DNA of 64,000 nucleotides from Candidatus Aenigmatarchaeota archaeon. Its GTDB lineage: Archaea; Aenigmatarchaeota; Aenigmatarchaeia; CG10238-14; SpSt-28. The DNA lies in NCBI GenBank assembly GCA_038733315.1, contig JAVYPJ010000002.1, positions 64,001-128,000 on the forward strand, given 5' to 3'. The position numbers were made by a program, and so were the translations under genes. Shown here piece by piece: positions 29,691 through 39,941 of this stretch. The notes below the pieces were generated by a model. The model ran no database searches. It was given only the letters and a program-made list of their open reading frames with translations, and was not told the origin of the DNA. Position 1 is the stretch's first letter. Every line of letters begins with the position of its first letter.

Positions 29691-30791
29691 ATGGATGTTG
29701 AAGAAAGATTAAGATTAATTAAACTACCACCAACTGAAGAAATTATTACAGAAGAAGAGTTAAGAGAGCTCTTACAAACTAAGCAAAGAATAGTTGCGTA
29801 TGATGGCTTTGAACCTAGTGGTTTAATGCATTTAGGAACTGGGGTGCTAAGAACTATAAAGACTAACGATTTTATAGATGCGAAAATAGATTTTATAATC
29901 TATATAGCTGATTGGTTTGCTTATATAAATAACAAACTTGGTGGAGATATAGAGATGATAAGGAAAGCTGGAGAATATTTTATAGAAGGTTGGAAAGCTT
30001 GTGGGATGAAGGTTGATAAAGTAGAGTTTGTTTGGTGTAGCGAGTTAATTAAGGATTCCGAATATTGGGAAACTTTTTTAAAAATTTCAAAAACAATAAC
30101 CATTAATAGAGTAAAAAGAGCCGTTACTGTTGCTGGAAGAGAGAGTGTAGAGGTAAAAACGCCATCTATTCTTATCTATCCTTTAATGCAAACCACAGAC
30201 ATTTTCATGCTTAATAATAAAGAAGGTGTAGATATTTGCCAGTTAGGTATAGACCAAAGAAAAGTTAATATGCTTGCTAGAGAAATAGCTGAAATACTTG
30301 GAAGGAAAAAGCCAGTAGCTGTTCATCATCATTTACTTTCTGGATTACAATCTGTAGAAAAAATGGGTAAGTTCGACGAAAATGAAAAGATAAATCAAGA
30401 AATAAGTTTAAAAATGAGTAAAAGTAAACCAGAAACAGCTATTTTTATTCACGATAGTTATGAAGATATAAAAAGAAAGATTTTGAATGCTTTTTGCCCG
30501 CCAAAACAAGTAGAATTAAATCCAGTATTAGAAATCTGTAGATATATAATATTTAGGAAATTTGATAGAATGGTTATAAAAAGGGAAGAAAAATATGGCG
30601 GTAATTTAGAGGTTCTTAGCTACGAAGAGCTTGAAAAAAACTATTTAGAAGGAAAAATACATCCCCTAGACTTAAAGAATTCTGTAGCAGAATATCTAAA
30701 CGAGATTTTAGAACCTATAAGGAATTACTTTGAGAAAGGTAAACAAAGAGAGCTTTACGAAATAATAAAAAACGCTACAAAAACTAGGTAA
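29691..30791 (+). CDS. tyrS: tyrosyl-tRNA synthetase (type B)
   Basis: YDGFEPSG.MHLG, YPLMQTTDI, QLGIDQRKVNMLARE, KMSKS. Confidence 0.93.
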   Translation: MDVEERLRLIKLPPTEEIITEEELRELLQTKQRIVAYDGFEPSGLMHLGTGVLRTIKTNDFIDAKIDFIIYIADWFAYINNKLGGDIEMIRKAGEYFIEGWKACGMKVDKVEFVWCSELIKDSEYWETFLKISKTITINRVKRAVTVAGRESVEVKTPSILIYPLMQTTDIFMLNNKEGVDICQLGIDQRKVNMLAREIAEILGRKKPVAVHHHLLSGLQSVEKMGKFDENEKINQEISLKMSKSKPETAIFIHDSYEDIKRKILNAFCPPKQVELNPVLEICRYIIFRKFDRMVIKREEKYGGNLEVLSYEELEKNYLEGKIHPLDLKNSVAEYLNEILEPIRNYFEKGKQRELYEIIKNATKTR

Positions 30792-30838
30792 TTGTTACCA
30801 CCAAAAAGTATTTATATTTTATTTACTCCATATATTAT

Positions 30839-31201
30839 ATGTTAGGAGGAAAGAAACCTTGTGAAAAAGTAAAGGACTGGAAGGAGCTTTTAGACGAAAA
30901 TACAAAACAAACTTTAAAAGAAATGCTACAGAAAACTCAGCTATATATACCAGCAGTATGCGCAGCAGACGATGCAAGAACAGCTCAGTTGTGGATTGCC
31001 TTAGCTATTCTGAAAAAAGAGATTGAAGAAAAACTAAGGCTTTTAGAGATAGCTACAGAGCCTTGGAAAGCAATAATAGAGGTAGGAAATGTAGAAAAGA
31101 AAAAGACGATAGAAAAAATATTAATAGATATAATTCAACCAAAGGATAAGGAGCAAAAAGAGGTTATAGATAAACTAGTGAACTCCTTAATGAAATTCTA
31201 A
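30839..31201 (+). CDS. hypothetical helical protein
   Basis: Clean ORF with typical codon usage; AQLWIAL motif. Confidence 0.7.
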   Translation: MLGGKKPCEKVKDWKELLDENTKQTLKEMLQKTQLYIPAVCAADDARTAQLWIALAILKKEIEEKLRLLEIATEPWKAIIEVGNVEKKKTIEKILIDIIQPKDKEQKEVIDKLVNSLMKF

Positions 31202-31275
31202 ACTTCCATTTTTTAATTTTTTTGCTTCAAAGTATTAACCAAACAATATAAAATTATCTCAAATATTTTATTTTT

Positions 31276-32673
31276 ATGAGTTTTAGAAATAAAAATTCGA
31301 GTTTAAAAAAATTAATTTCTGCATATGTAGCTACAGTTATTTTAGTTGCTTTAACAATAGGAATTGGAGTTACATTATATCTTTATTTTTCTGGCTACGT
31401 TTCTTATTTAGAGACAAAAACTGAAGAAACCTCTCCAATAAAATCAATTATAGAATGTTCAAAAGCAAGAATAGATTTTAATGCTAATAAAAATTTTAAA
31501 TATAGAATTCCTATAATAATAAATAATACTCAGAATTCAGAGAATTTAGAAGATTATCAAGTTTTAGTAACAATAAATACTCAAAACTTAATTTCTCAAG
31601 GCAAAATGAGAAGTGATTGTGGAGATATAAGATTTACTGATAGTGATGGAAGTACTTTATTAAATTATTGGATTGAAAGTGGTTGCAATACAACTAATAC
31701 AAAAATTTGGGTAAAAGTACCAAATATTCCTGCTAATTCAAATAAAATAATTTATTTGTATTATGGAAATCCGAGTGCGACAAGTATAGGTAGTGGAGTC
31801 TCTACTTTTTTAGCGTTTGATTGGAAATTCGATGGACTGATAGGAGGAAGAACGTCAGCAGGAAGTTATCACACCTGCGCATTACTTTCTAACGGTACAG
31901 TAAGATGTTGGGGTTGGAACGATAATGGCCAATTAGGCGATGGAACAACAAAGAGCAGATACACCCCAGTCACTGTAGTCAATCTAAATGATGCAGTAGC
32001 GATTGCAGCAGGAAGTTATCACACCTGCGCATTACTTTCTAATGGTACAGTAAGATGTTGGGGACGTAATGGCAATGGTCAATTAGGCGATGGAACAACA
32101 ACTAGTAGATACACCCCAGTCACTGTAGTCAATCTAAATGATGCAGTAGCGATTGCAGCAGGAAGTTATCACACCTGCGCATTACTTTCTAACGGTACAG
32201 TAAGATGTTGGGGGTTGAACAATTATGGCCAATTAGGCGATGGAACAACAAGTGATAAGTACACCCCAGTCACTGTAGTTAACTATACTCTTGGAGGAAA
32301 GTATGAAAAAACGGGTGGAATACTAACAATTCAAAGAGCGCCTTTTTTTGTTGATACTTACTTCGTTCGTAAATATTCTCCAATAGAACCAACAATTTTC
32401 CTACAAACTGAAGAAACCTCTCCAATAATAAAACTAACTATAATAAATTTAGGTATTGATTTAGGTAAAAAATTACAGTTAAAATTAATATACGAAGATA
32501 ATAAAACAGAATCAAGAAATATAAATCTAAACGAAACTTTTAAGCCTGGAGATTTTTTAGAAATTACTTTAAAAGATTTACCTAAGGGAAAAATTAAAAA
32601 AATAGAGATTTATTGTTTAGATGTATGTCCTGGATTATTAATTGGAATAAAAAGTGTAAATATTGAAGTTTAG
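31276..32673 (+). CDS. pilin-like protein with DUF2341 and RCC1 repeats
   Basis: [36 protein letters not shown]; three copies of [23 protein letters not shown]. Confidence 0.88.
   Translation: MSFRNKNSSLKKLISAYVATVILVALTIGIGVTLYLYFSGYVSYLETKTEETSPIKSIIECSKARIDFNANKNFKYRIPIIINNTQNSENLEDYQVLVTINTQNLISQGKMRSDCGDIRFTDSDGSTLLNYWIESGCNTTNTKIWVKVPNIPANSNKIIYLYYGNPSATSIGSGVSTFLAFDWKFDGLIGGRTSAGSYHTCALLSNGTVRCWGWNDNGQLGDGTTKSRYTPVTVVNLNDAVAIAAGSYHTCALLSNGTVRCWGRNGNGQLGDGTTTSRYTPVTVVNLNDAVAIAAGSYHTCALLSNGTVRCWGLNNYGQLGDGTTSDKYTPVTVVNYTLGGKYEKTGGILTIQRAPFFVDTYFVRKYSPIEPTIFLQTEETSPIIKLTIINLGIDLGKKLQLKLIYEDNKTESRNINLNETFKPGDFLEITLKDLPKGKIKKIEIYCLDVCPGLLIGIKSVNIEV
31856..32279 (+). repeat. 150-bp tandem repeat (about 2.8 copies) encoding RCC1 blades
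   Basis: Units start at 31858, 32008 and 32158; near-identical except for two short patches. Confidence 0.95.
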
Positions 32674-32711
32674 GGGTTATTGATTTTATATATTTAAATA
32701 CTGCATATATT

Positions 32712-33038
32712 ATGGTAGAATTGAGTGAAGAAAAACAAAGAGAGTTTTTAATCTTGCAGCAACAATATCAAACTGTAATTGTAGAGATAGAAACTTTAAA
32801 ATTAAGAGATAAAGAAATAAACGAAACTTTGGAGGAGCTTCAGAACACAGAAAAAAACGAAGTTTATAAACTTGTTGGAAACGTTTTGGTTAAAAAAACA
32901 AAGGATGAAATAATTAAAGAGCTAAATGAAGAAAAGGAGTTGATAGAGCTTAGATTCAAAAATTTGGAAAAGCAAAAACAAAAAATTGAGGAAAAGCTCG
33001 AGGAATTTAGAAAGATTCTAGAAAAGAAAGAAAAATGA
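32712..33038 (+). CDS. pfdB: prefoldin beta subunit
   Basis: Coiled coils flanking VYKLVGNVLVK. Confidence 0.92.
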   Translation: MVELSEEKQREFLILQQQYQTVIVEIETLKLRDKEINETLEELQNTEKNEVYKLVGNVLVKKTKDEIIKELNEEKELIELRFKNLEKQKQKIEEKLEEFRKILEKKEK

Positions 33039-33068
33039 TAAATTTATAGATTTATTTTTTAAAATATT

Positions 33069-33413
33069 ATGGTAATAAAAAAAATAGTTGAGAAGATTTC
33101 TAGTAAGGGTAAAAAGAAAGAGGAAGAAAGTGTAGAAGAGGTTGAAATAACAACGCCAGAAGAGGAGAAAAAGAATAAAGTTTATGTAATGAAGTTAAAG
33201 GATTTTAACGATACATATCAAGTGCAAAATTTACTTAGAGAGGGATATATTGTTATTTTAAGCATAAGAGAACTAAAAAATAAAGACGTTTCCGAACTAA
33301 AGAGAAGTGTTGATAGAATTAAAAAAACAGTTGAAGCATTAGGTGGAGATGTTGTAGGTATAGAAGAGGATATAATAATAGCAACTCCGAGCGGTATAAA
33401 AATTGAAAGGTAG
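33069..33413 (+). CDS. sepF: cell division protein SepF
   Basis: LREGYIVI..LKRSVDRIK..GGDVVG..IIATPSGIKI. Confidence 0.9.
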   Translation: MVIKKIVEKISSKGKKKEEESVEEVEITTPEEEKKNKVYVMKLKDFNDTYQVQNLLREGYIVILSIRELKNKDVSELKRSVDRIKKTVEALGGDVVGIEEDIIIATPSGIKIER

Positions 33414-33435
33414 TTACGTAGTTGCACAGTTATCT

Positions 33436-33443
33436 TTAAATAC
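33436..33443 (+). promoter_or_regulatory. TATA box of a probably leaderless thermosome transcript
   Basis: TTTAAATA about 21-28 bp upstream of the ATG; no Shine-Dalgarno sequence. Confidence 0.5.
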
Positions 33444-33463
33444 CCTTTTTTTAATTATTATAT

Positions 33464-35128
33464 ATGGCAGAACAACCTAAAGCTTTACTTGCTCAACTAG
33501 GAGGACAGCCAGTACTAATACTACCAGAAGGAACTGTAAGAACTACTGGAAGAGATGCTTTAAGAAATAACATAGCGGCTGCAAAAGCCTTAGGAGAAAC
33601 TATAAAAACAACCTTAGGACCAAAGGGAATGGATAAAATGTTAGTAGATAGCTTAGGAGATATAACAATAACAAACGATGGTGTAACAATATTAGAAGAA
33701 ATGGAAATAGAGCATCCAGCAGCAAAAATGTTAGTTGAAGTTGCAAAAACATTAAATCAAGAGGTTGGCGATGGAACAACAAGTAGTGTAGTTTTTGCAA
33801 GTGAATTATTAAGAAAGGCAGAAGAATTATTAGACCAAGATATTCACCCAACAACTATAATTAGAGGATATAAAATTGCCTTAGAGATAGCAAAGAAAAC
33901 TCTAGAAAAAATTGCGCAAAAAGTTTCTTTAAAGGATAAAGAAAGTTTGAAAAAAATAGCAATAACTTCTATGGGAGGAAAATCTGCTTTATCCCAAAAC
34001 CCATCTGTTATGGAAAAAATTTCTGAATTAGTTGTAGAGGCGGTTTTAACTGTTGCTAAGGAAGAAAATGGAAAAATAATAATTGATAGAGAGGATATAA
34101 AAAGAGAAAAGAAAGCTGGTGGAAGCATAGAAGATACAGAATTAATAAAAGGAATTGTAATAGATAAAGAGGTTGTTCATCCACAAATGCCAAAAATAGT
34201 TAAGAATGCAAAAATTGCATTATTAGATACCGCATTAGAAGTTAAAGAAACAGAAACAGATGCAGAAATTAGAATTACTAAGCCAGAAGAGTTAAAAGCG
34301 TTTTTAGCTGAAGAAGAAAAAATGTTAAAAGATATGGTTGAAAAAATTGCAAAAGTAGGGGCGAATGTTGTGTTTTGTCAAAAAGGAATAGATGATTTAG
34401 CTCAACATTTCTTAGCTAAGAAGGGAATAATGGCTGTAAGGAGAGTTAAAAGAAGTGATATGGAAAAATTGGCAAAAGCAACTGGTGCAAGAATAGTAAC
34501 TAATTTAGATGATTTAAATGAAAACGATTTAGGCTTTGCAGAAATAGTAGAAGAAAAGAGAATTGGAGGAGAAAATATGGTTTTTGTTAGAGGTTGTAAA
34601 AATCCAAAGTCTGTAACAATATTAGCAAGAGGAGGAACTGAGCATGTTGTTGATGAAATAGATAGAAGCATAGAAGATGCAATAGGTGCAGTAACGTCAG
34701 CTTTAGCAGATGGTTATTTTGTTGCTGGTGGTGGTGCACCAGAAATGGAAATAGCAATTAACGTAAGAAAAGAAGCACAGAAATATAGTGGAAGAGAACA
34801 ATTAGCGATGTTAGCTTTTGCCGACGCAATAGAAATAATACCAAAGGCTATAGCTGAAAATTCTGGAATAGATACAATAGACATAATTTTGAAACTAAGA
34901 GCAGAACACGAAAAAGGAAACGTAAATTATGGAGTTGATATAGAAAAAGGAGATGTTAGCGATATGCTAAAGAAAGGAGTAATAGAGCCACTAAAAGTAA
35001 AAATGCAAATGGTTTCTAGCGCTACAGAAGCTACTGAATTAATATTAAGAATAGACGATATAATAGCAGCTGGAAGGCCTAAGAAAGAGGAAAAGGGAGC
35101 GGGAGAAGAAACTGAAACAGAAGAGTAA
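33464..35128 (+). CDS. ths: thermosome (group II chaperonin)
   Basis: [25 protein letters not shown]. Confidence 0.97.
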   Translation: MAEQPKALLAQLGGQPVLILPEGTVRTTGRDALRNNIAAAKALGETIKTTLGPKGMDKMLVDSLGDITITNDGVTILEEMEIEHPAAKMLVEVAKTLNQEVGDGTTSSVVFASELLRKAEELLDQDIHPTTIIRGYKIALEIAKKTLEKIAQKVSLKDKESLKKIAITSMGGKSALSQNPSVMEKISELVVEAVLTVAKEENGKIIIDREDIKREKKAGGSIEDTELIKGIVIDKEVVHPQMPKIVKNAKIALLDTALEVKETETDAEIRITKPEELKAFLAEEEKMLKDMVEKIAKVGANVVFCQKGIDDLAQHFLAKKGIMAVRRVKRSDMEKLAKATGARIVTNLDDLNENDLGFAEIVEEKRIGGENMVFVRGCKNPKSVTILARGGTEHVVDEIDRSIEDAIGAVTSALADGYFVAGGGAPEMEIAINVRKEAQKYSGREQLAMLAFADAIEIIPKAIAENSGIDTIDIILKLRAEHEKGNVNYGVDIEKGDVSDMLKKGVIEPLKVKMQMVSSATEATELILRIDDIIAAGRPKKEEKGAGEETETEE

Positions 35129-35131
35129 TTC

Positions 35132-35160
35132 ATTTTTCCCTTTTTTATTTTTTATTTCTT
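35132..35160 (+). terminator. oligo-T archaeal terminator
   Basis: T-runs immediately after the thermosome stop codon. Confidence 0.5.
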
Positions 35161-35214
35161 ATACCAATTTTTAAATTTTATAGAAGTTTTCGAATCGATA
35201 ATTATTTTTATTAT

Positions 35215-35299
35215 GCCGGGGTCGCCTAGTTGGCTATGGCGCGGGCCTGGAGAGCCCGTGGGCTTTACGCCCGCGTGGGTTCAAATCCCACCCCCGGCG
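35215..35299 (+). tRNA. tRNA-Ser(GGA)
   Basis: CGGGC-CTGGAGA-GCCCG; long variable arm. Confidence 0.95.
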
Positions 35300-35350
35300 A
35301 GATGCTTCTATTTATTTTTTGTAACAAAAATAATAAATTATTATCATAAC

Positions 35351-35444
35351 GCCCCGGTAGCTTAGCGGTAGAGCGCCTGCCTTGTATGGCACTGCTTGCT
35401 ATCGAGCAAGCAGGAGGTCGGGGGTTCAAATCCCCCCCGGGGCT
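35351..35444 (+). tRNA. tRNA-Thr(TGT) with 22-nt intron (35387-35408)
   Basis: CCTGC-CTTGTA[intron]A-GCAGG; CUUG/CGAG central helix of a BHB-like motif. Confidence 0.92.
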
Positions 35445-35497
35445 CAAATACTTTTAATATGCTAAATTTATTGTTTTAATAGCAGGATATAATTAAT

Positions 35498-36310
35498 ATG
35501 ACCTTAAGTAAGCGGTATGCTGCTTTACTTGAGGTCCTTATAGTTACTCTAATTCTGATTTTTGTTATATGGATTTCCGAAGCGTGTTTGGGCTATATGA
35601 TTCATGGAATATTTCTTGATTTTATTGTCAAGACATTCATAATATTCGTAGTACTACTTGCTATAGTCATACCAAAAAGAAATTTTAAAATTTATGGCTT
35701 TCTACCAAAAAATCTATATTTCACATTTAAGTGGAGCATAGTGTTCATGATAATTTTTATTTTACCCGCTGTAATTTCGATTATAATATCAATAATTCTA
35801 GGCATTGCCAAGCCAGCTAAGCTTTCATTACTCGCTATAATTCTAAACATAGTTTTCTTCATGATATTCGTAGGATTTATAGAAGAGGCTTACTTTAGAG
35901 GCTATGTACAGTCTAGACTTAATGAAGCGTTCGACAAGCGCCATCGAAAACTAATCTTTAAAGCTTGGAGAGTTAATTATGGAACGAGCTTATTTCTAAC
36001 CTCAGTAATCTTTGCTCTGATGCATATAGTAAACTATTGGAATCCAATAATGTCAAAATGGGAACCAACTTGGTGGATGCCTATACATATTTTAGGATGT
36101 TTTGCTTTTGGTTGTATAGTTGGGGCTCTGAGAGAAGCTTCAGACATTTACGTATCATCTTCACTTCACGGAAGCATAATGATTGCCTATACATTTCTAT
36201 CTATTTATGCAAACCAATGGATTTTGAATATTAGCTTATTCATTAGCTGGTTCATTTTCTTCAATACCCTTATCTTTTTCTTTCATCAATCCAAAAAATA
36301 TGTCTTTTAG
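35498..36310 (+). CDS. CPBP/CAAX (Abi) intramembrane protease
   Basis: EEAYFRG, FALMH, SLHG motifs; multi-pass. Confidence 0.9.
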   Translation: MTLSKRYAALLEVLIVTLILIFVIWISEACLGYMIHGIFLDFIVKTFIIFVVLLAIVIPKRNFKIYGFLPKNLYFTFKWSIVFMIIFILPAVISIIISIILGIAKPAKLSLLAIILNIVFFMIFVGFIEEAYFRGYVQSRLNEAFDKRHRKLIFKAWRVNYGTSLFLTSVIFALMHIVNYWNPIMSKWEPTWWMPIHILGCFAFGCIVGALREASDIYVSSSLHGSIMIAYTFLSIYANQWILNISLFISWFIFFNTLIFFFHQSKKYVF

Positions 36311-36363
36311 TTTTTAAAGAGCATAGATAAAATAGCTGATAATGTTTTTTTATAGCTTTAATA

Positions 36364-37029
36364 CTAAATATTTTTTACGCTATCATACTTGAAGTAATAC
36401 GCCCTCTCAGTCTTTTTTGTTAAACTATACCCACTTTTTTTCATCTGATCAATAAAGCTCTTTCTTATTATTTTAGAGAGTTGAGATACCTTTACTCCAG
36501 ATTTTTCCTCTATAAGGTCTCTTATTTCTTTTTTTGGAACTCTTATACAGTCTTCTGAACTTTCATAAAGACATGCATATCTATTTTTGTTTTCTATAAT
36601 TTCTCTAACAATTTTTTCTATTACTCCAGTGGCAATTACATATTTTGTTTCTGGATTTATATATTTTCCGTTTGAATGTAACGACACCTTAAAGTAATTT
36701 ATGATAACGTCAGCTTCATTTATGTTAAACTTTCTGATTTCTTCTATACATTTTAAAATATTATTTATATCGCGAGACAAAAGAAAAGTTAAAAATTCGC
36801 TACATAAAATTTTTTTAAATTCTTCGTATGGTAGTCTTAATTCTTTCTTAAAAATATAAACTATAGCGGCTATTTTTCCAATTTTGCTAGAATTTATTTT
36901 TATAGAATTAGATATAGGTAAATTATGAATTTCATGAGAAATTATATTTATTATTTCCTCCTCGCTATATTTTTTATCATATAAAGACACTATTAAACTG
37001 CTTATGCTATTTGCTATGGAGGAATTCAT
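36364..37029 (-). CDS. hypothetical protein
   Basis: 221-aa ORF with no recognised motif. Confidence 0.6.
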   Translation of the reverse strand: MNSSIANSISSLIVSLYDKKYSEEEIINIISHEIHNLPISNSIKINSSKIGKIAAIVYIFKKELRLPYEEFKKILCSEFLTFLLSRDINNILKCIEEIRKFNINEADVIINYFKVSLHSNGKYINPETKYVIATGVIEKIVREIIENKNRYACLYESSEDCIRVPKKEIRDLIEEKSGVKVSQLSKIIRKSFIDQMKKSGYSLTKKTERAYYFKYDSVKNI

Positions 37030-37102
37030 AATATATTAAAAATTAATTGTTTTTATCGATTTAATCTTTTAAATTATTATTTTTATTTAACAAGAATTTT
37101 TT

Positions 37103-38791
37103 ATGTATTGGAGAAGATTGGCTGATAGCGAGCTCTTTTATCCTCATCTCTACTTTTTTAAATTAGGTGCTATTGATTTAAAAGAATATGTATTAGAGAG
37201 GACGAAAAGTATTGATAGCGAAGCATATCTGAGAAATAAAGAAATTAAAATAATAGGAGCTAATTATGTTTTAAAAAAAGACAATAACGTTTATCTTGTA
37301 AAAGAAAATGGAGAAGAAGAAAGAATAGGAAGCTATGAATGGTGGAAGAGAGCTAAGGAATTTGAGTCGAAAAAAGTCTCAAAGATATATTCGGAAAAAA
37401 AGAAAAGCTGCGATTTAAATTGTGGCTCATTATGTGGTGCGCATAAAAACAAGACAGCTTTGTTAAATGTGGTCGTAACTAATAGATGTAATTTATCTTG
37501 CCCGTATTGTTTCTTTTATGCATCGGAATCAAATTTTGTTTATGAACCATCGATAGAAGAAATAGAAAAAATGATTATTTCTGCAAAAGAGATTAACGGT
37601 TTTGTACCTCCTGTTCAGCTTACTGGCGGAGAGCCGACTTTAAGGAATGATTTGGATAAAATAATAAAATGTGTCAAGTCTCTAAATTCTCCACATATAC
37701 AGCTAAATACTAATGGAGTATTACCTGCTGTTAATTTTTATTATGATGCAGAATCTACTATAAAGGATTTAAAAAAACTTAAAAGAAGCGGTCTAAATAC
37801 AATATACTTATCATTTGATGGTACAGATGCAAAAACTAATATAAAAAATTATTATGAATTCCCTCTTTTTCTCCAAGCATGTAGAGAGAGCGGAATAGAG
37901 AGCATAGTATTGGTGCCAACTATACATGCAGGTAATTTAAATGAGGTATGGAAAATAGTTAAAATTGCTGTAAAAAACTTTGATATAATTAGAGGGATAG
38001 TTTTTCAACCAATCTCTTTTGTTGGTGGTGCATCTAAAAGCAATAGAGAAAGATATAGAGCAACAATTTCAGATATTATAGAGGAATTATATCCAGTCGG
38101 TTTAGACATTAAAGATTTCTATCCAGTTTCAGCTATAGAAAGTTTTGCAGATATAGTTTCATCAGATAAAGATCATGTAACGTTTTATAACAATTCTTTA
38201 TGCGGAATGGCAACTTACATAACTTACGATCAAAAAAATGATAAAATAATTCCTATAACTCATTATATAGATGTCGATAGGTTATTAAAGGATTTAAATC
38301 TATTTAACTCTCTTATAGGAAAGTTTGTTTTCTTATTTAAATATTTATCGAATCCTTCTCTAATAGATAATATAAAGAAATATGTTAAAATAGAAAGGAC
38401 GCCCGACGGTAGTAATATAATGGAAATTATTAAAAATATAAGAGAAAAAGGAGACTACAACTCTTTGGGAGAGTTTCATAAAAGAGTAAGTTTTATAGGT
38501 ATGATGCACTTTATGGATCCATATAACTATGATGTAGAAAGAGTAGAAAGATGCAATATACATTATGCTTCTCCAGATGGAAGAGTAATTCCATTTTGTG
38601 CATATAACGTTTTTCCAGAAATCTATAGAGACAAAATATTAAAGAAATACGCGCTCGATAAAGAAGCAGCTGAAAGGCTTATAAAAGAAGAAAAAGAAAA
38701 TCGAAAAAAGGTTATAGAGTTTAGAAAGAATGAAAAAGTTAGGGAAAATGCAGAAAAGAAATATAAAGAATGGCTTGGAGAAGTTATCTAA
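37103..38791 (+). CDS. tes: radical SAM protein, tetraether synthase (Tes/MJ0619)-like
   Basis: C..NCGSLCGAH, VTNRCNLSCPYCF, LTGGEPT, FQP.SFVG, MHFMDPYNYD..RV.RC.IHY.SPDGRVIPFCAYN. Confidence 0.8.
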   Translation: MYWRRLADSELFYPHLYFFKLGAIDLKEYVLERTKSIDSEAYLRNKEIKIIGANYVLKKDNNVYLVKENGEEERIGSYEWWKRAKEFESKKVSKIYSEKKKSCDLNCGSLCGAHKNKTALLNVVVTNRCNLSCPYCFFYASESNFVYEPSIEEIEKMIISAKEINGFVPPVQLTGGEPTLRNDLDKIIKCVKSLNSPHIQLNTNGVLPAVNFYYDAESTIKDLKKLKRSGLNTIYLSFDGTDAKTNIKNYYEFPLFLQACRESGIESIVLVPTIHAGNLNEVWKIVKIAVKNFDIIRGIVFQPISFVGGASKSNRERYRATISDIIEELYPVGLDIKDFYPVSAIESFADIVSSDKDHVTFYNNSLCGMATYITYDQKNDKIIPITHYIDVDRLLKDLNLFNSLIGKFVFLFKYLSNPSLIDNIKKYVKIERTPDGSNIMEIIKNIREKGDYNSLGEFHKRVSFIGMMHFMDPYNYDVERVERCNIHYASPDGRVIPFCAYNVFPEIYRDKILKKYALDKEAAERLIKEEKENRKKVIEFRKNEKVRENAEKKYKEWLGEVI

Positions 38792-38795
38792 TATT

Positions 38796-39212
38796 CTATA
38801 TATTGCACTTTTTAATAAATTCGTAAGCTTCTCTTAAATTCTTCTTATCCTCTTCATATGTAAGTAGCTTTAGTGCATCTTCAAGATTTAACCACTTAAA
38901 ATCTTTGTGTTCCCAAGAGATTTTTACATTTTTTGTTTTTGCTCTTGCTAAAAAGAAAATTGCTTTTTTCTTTACTAATCTTTTGTTAAGCCAATAAGAA
39001 TATTCATATTCTCTAATAAAACCTGGAATAAATTCTACATCTAGATTAGTTTCTTCTTTTATTTCTCTTCTAGCTGCCTCGATTTCACTTTCTTTTTCTT
39101 CTTTTTCACCCTTAGGAAATCCCCAATAGTTTGGATATTTTAGAAGCAAGAATTCTATTTTTTCATTATCTTTATAGAAAACTATTGCCCCACAAGAAGT
39201 TTTAATTTTCAT
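38796..39212 (-). CDS. Nudix hydrolase (Ap4A hydrolase-like)
   Basis: WGFPKG..E...AARREIKEET, SWEH. Confidence 0.9.
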   Translation of the reverse strand: MKIKTSCGAIVFYKDNEKIEFLLLKYPNYWGFPKGEKEEKESEIEAARREIKEETNLDVEFIPGFIREYEYSYWLNKRLVKKKAIFFLARAKTKNVKISWEHKDFKWLNLEDALKLLTYEEDKKNLREAYEFIKKCNI

Positions 39213-39222
39213 AATTTATTAT

Positions 39223-39801
39223 ATGAGCGATACTATAGTTATCTTTGATCTTGATGGAACATTAGTGGAAGAATCAAAATACATAGAGATATATAAAAAG
39301 GTTTTTGAAGAAGCCTGTAAAATATATTCTGAGAAAAATAATTCTGTTTTTGATTTTAATTGCTGGCCAAAAACTCTTTCATGCGAGGAATTTAGAGAAC
39401 TATTTAAAAAATTGTACTCGAAGGAAATAGAAAGCGTGGATTTTTCAAAAAATCGAAAAAGAATTTCTGAAATAATAGGTTTTCTTGCTATACTTTATGG
39501 AAATATTCCAGAAAAATTTTATGTGGTATCTGCTAATCCCTGTTCGGATAAAATTTTAAAAAAAATCAATTTTCCCAAGGCAAATATAGTTTCTATATTT
39601 GATGAAATTCATAAAGAACTCATAGAGACAATCGAAGAATATTATGAAAAATATATAGAAATTAAAGCGAAAAAACTTCAGGAAATTAAAAACAGTAATA
39701 AAAATAAAAAATTTGTTTATGTTGGAGATACAGAGTATGATGAAAGAATAGCTAATATAGTTGGTTTTGATTTCATTAATATAAAAAATTTTTTCAAATG
39801 A
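39223..39801 (+). CDS. HAD family hydrolase
   Basis: FDLDGTL; YVGDTEYD. Confidence 0.88.
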   Translation: MSDTIVIFDLDGTLVEESKYIEIYKKVFEEACKIYSEKNNSVFDFNCWPKTLSCEEFRELFKKLYSKEIESVDFSKNRKRISEIIGFLAILYGNIPEKFYVVSANPCSDKILKKINFPKANIVSIFDEIHKELIETIEEYYEKYIEIKAKKLQEIKNSNKNKKFVYVGDTEYDERIANIVGFDFINIKNFFK

Positions 39802-39941
39802 TTTGTAGGAACTTAAATAATTACTATTTTCTGTTTGAGTTCAAAAGCAAAAATAAAAATAATACCTAAGAATGCATGAAAAATAGAAATTCAGCATTGA
39901 GGAAAATCTCTTTTGTTTAGAAGTGCTATAGTTTTTATAGA

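Noticed and set aside
31856..32279. Diversity-generating retroelement TR/VR pair
   Set aside because: No reverse transcriptase or separate template in the window; differences are not restricted to adenines and the units are in-frame tandem repeats
35445..37030. Integrated element at tRNA-Thr
   Set aside because: No integrase and no duplicated tRNA 3' end (att site) seen
39802..39941. Possible small gene or ncRNA in the gap
   Set aside because: Only short broken hydrophobic frames and no stable structure
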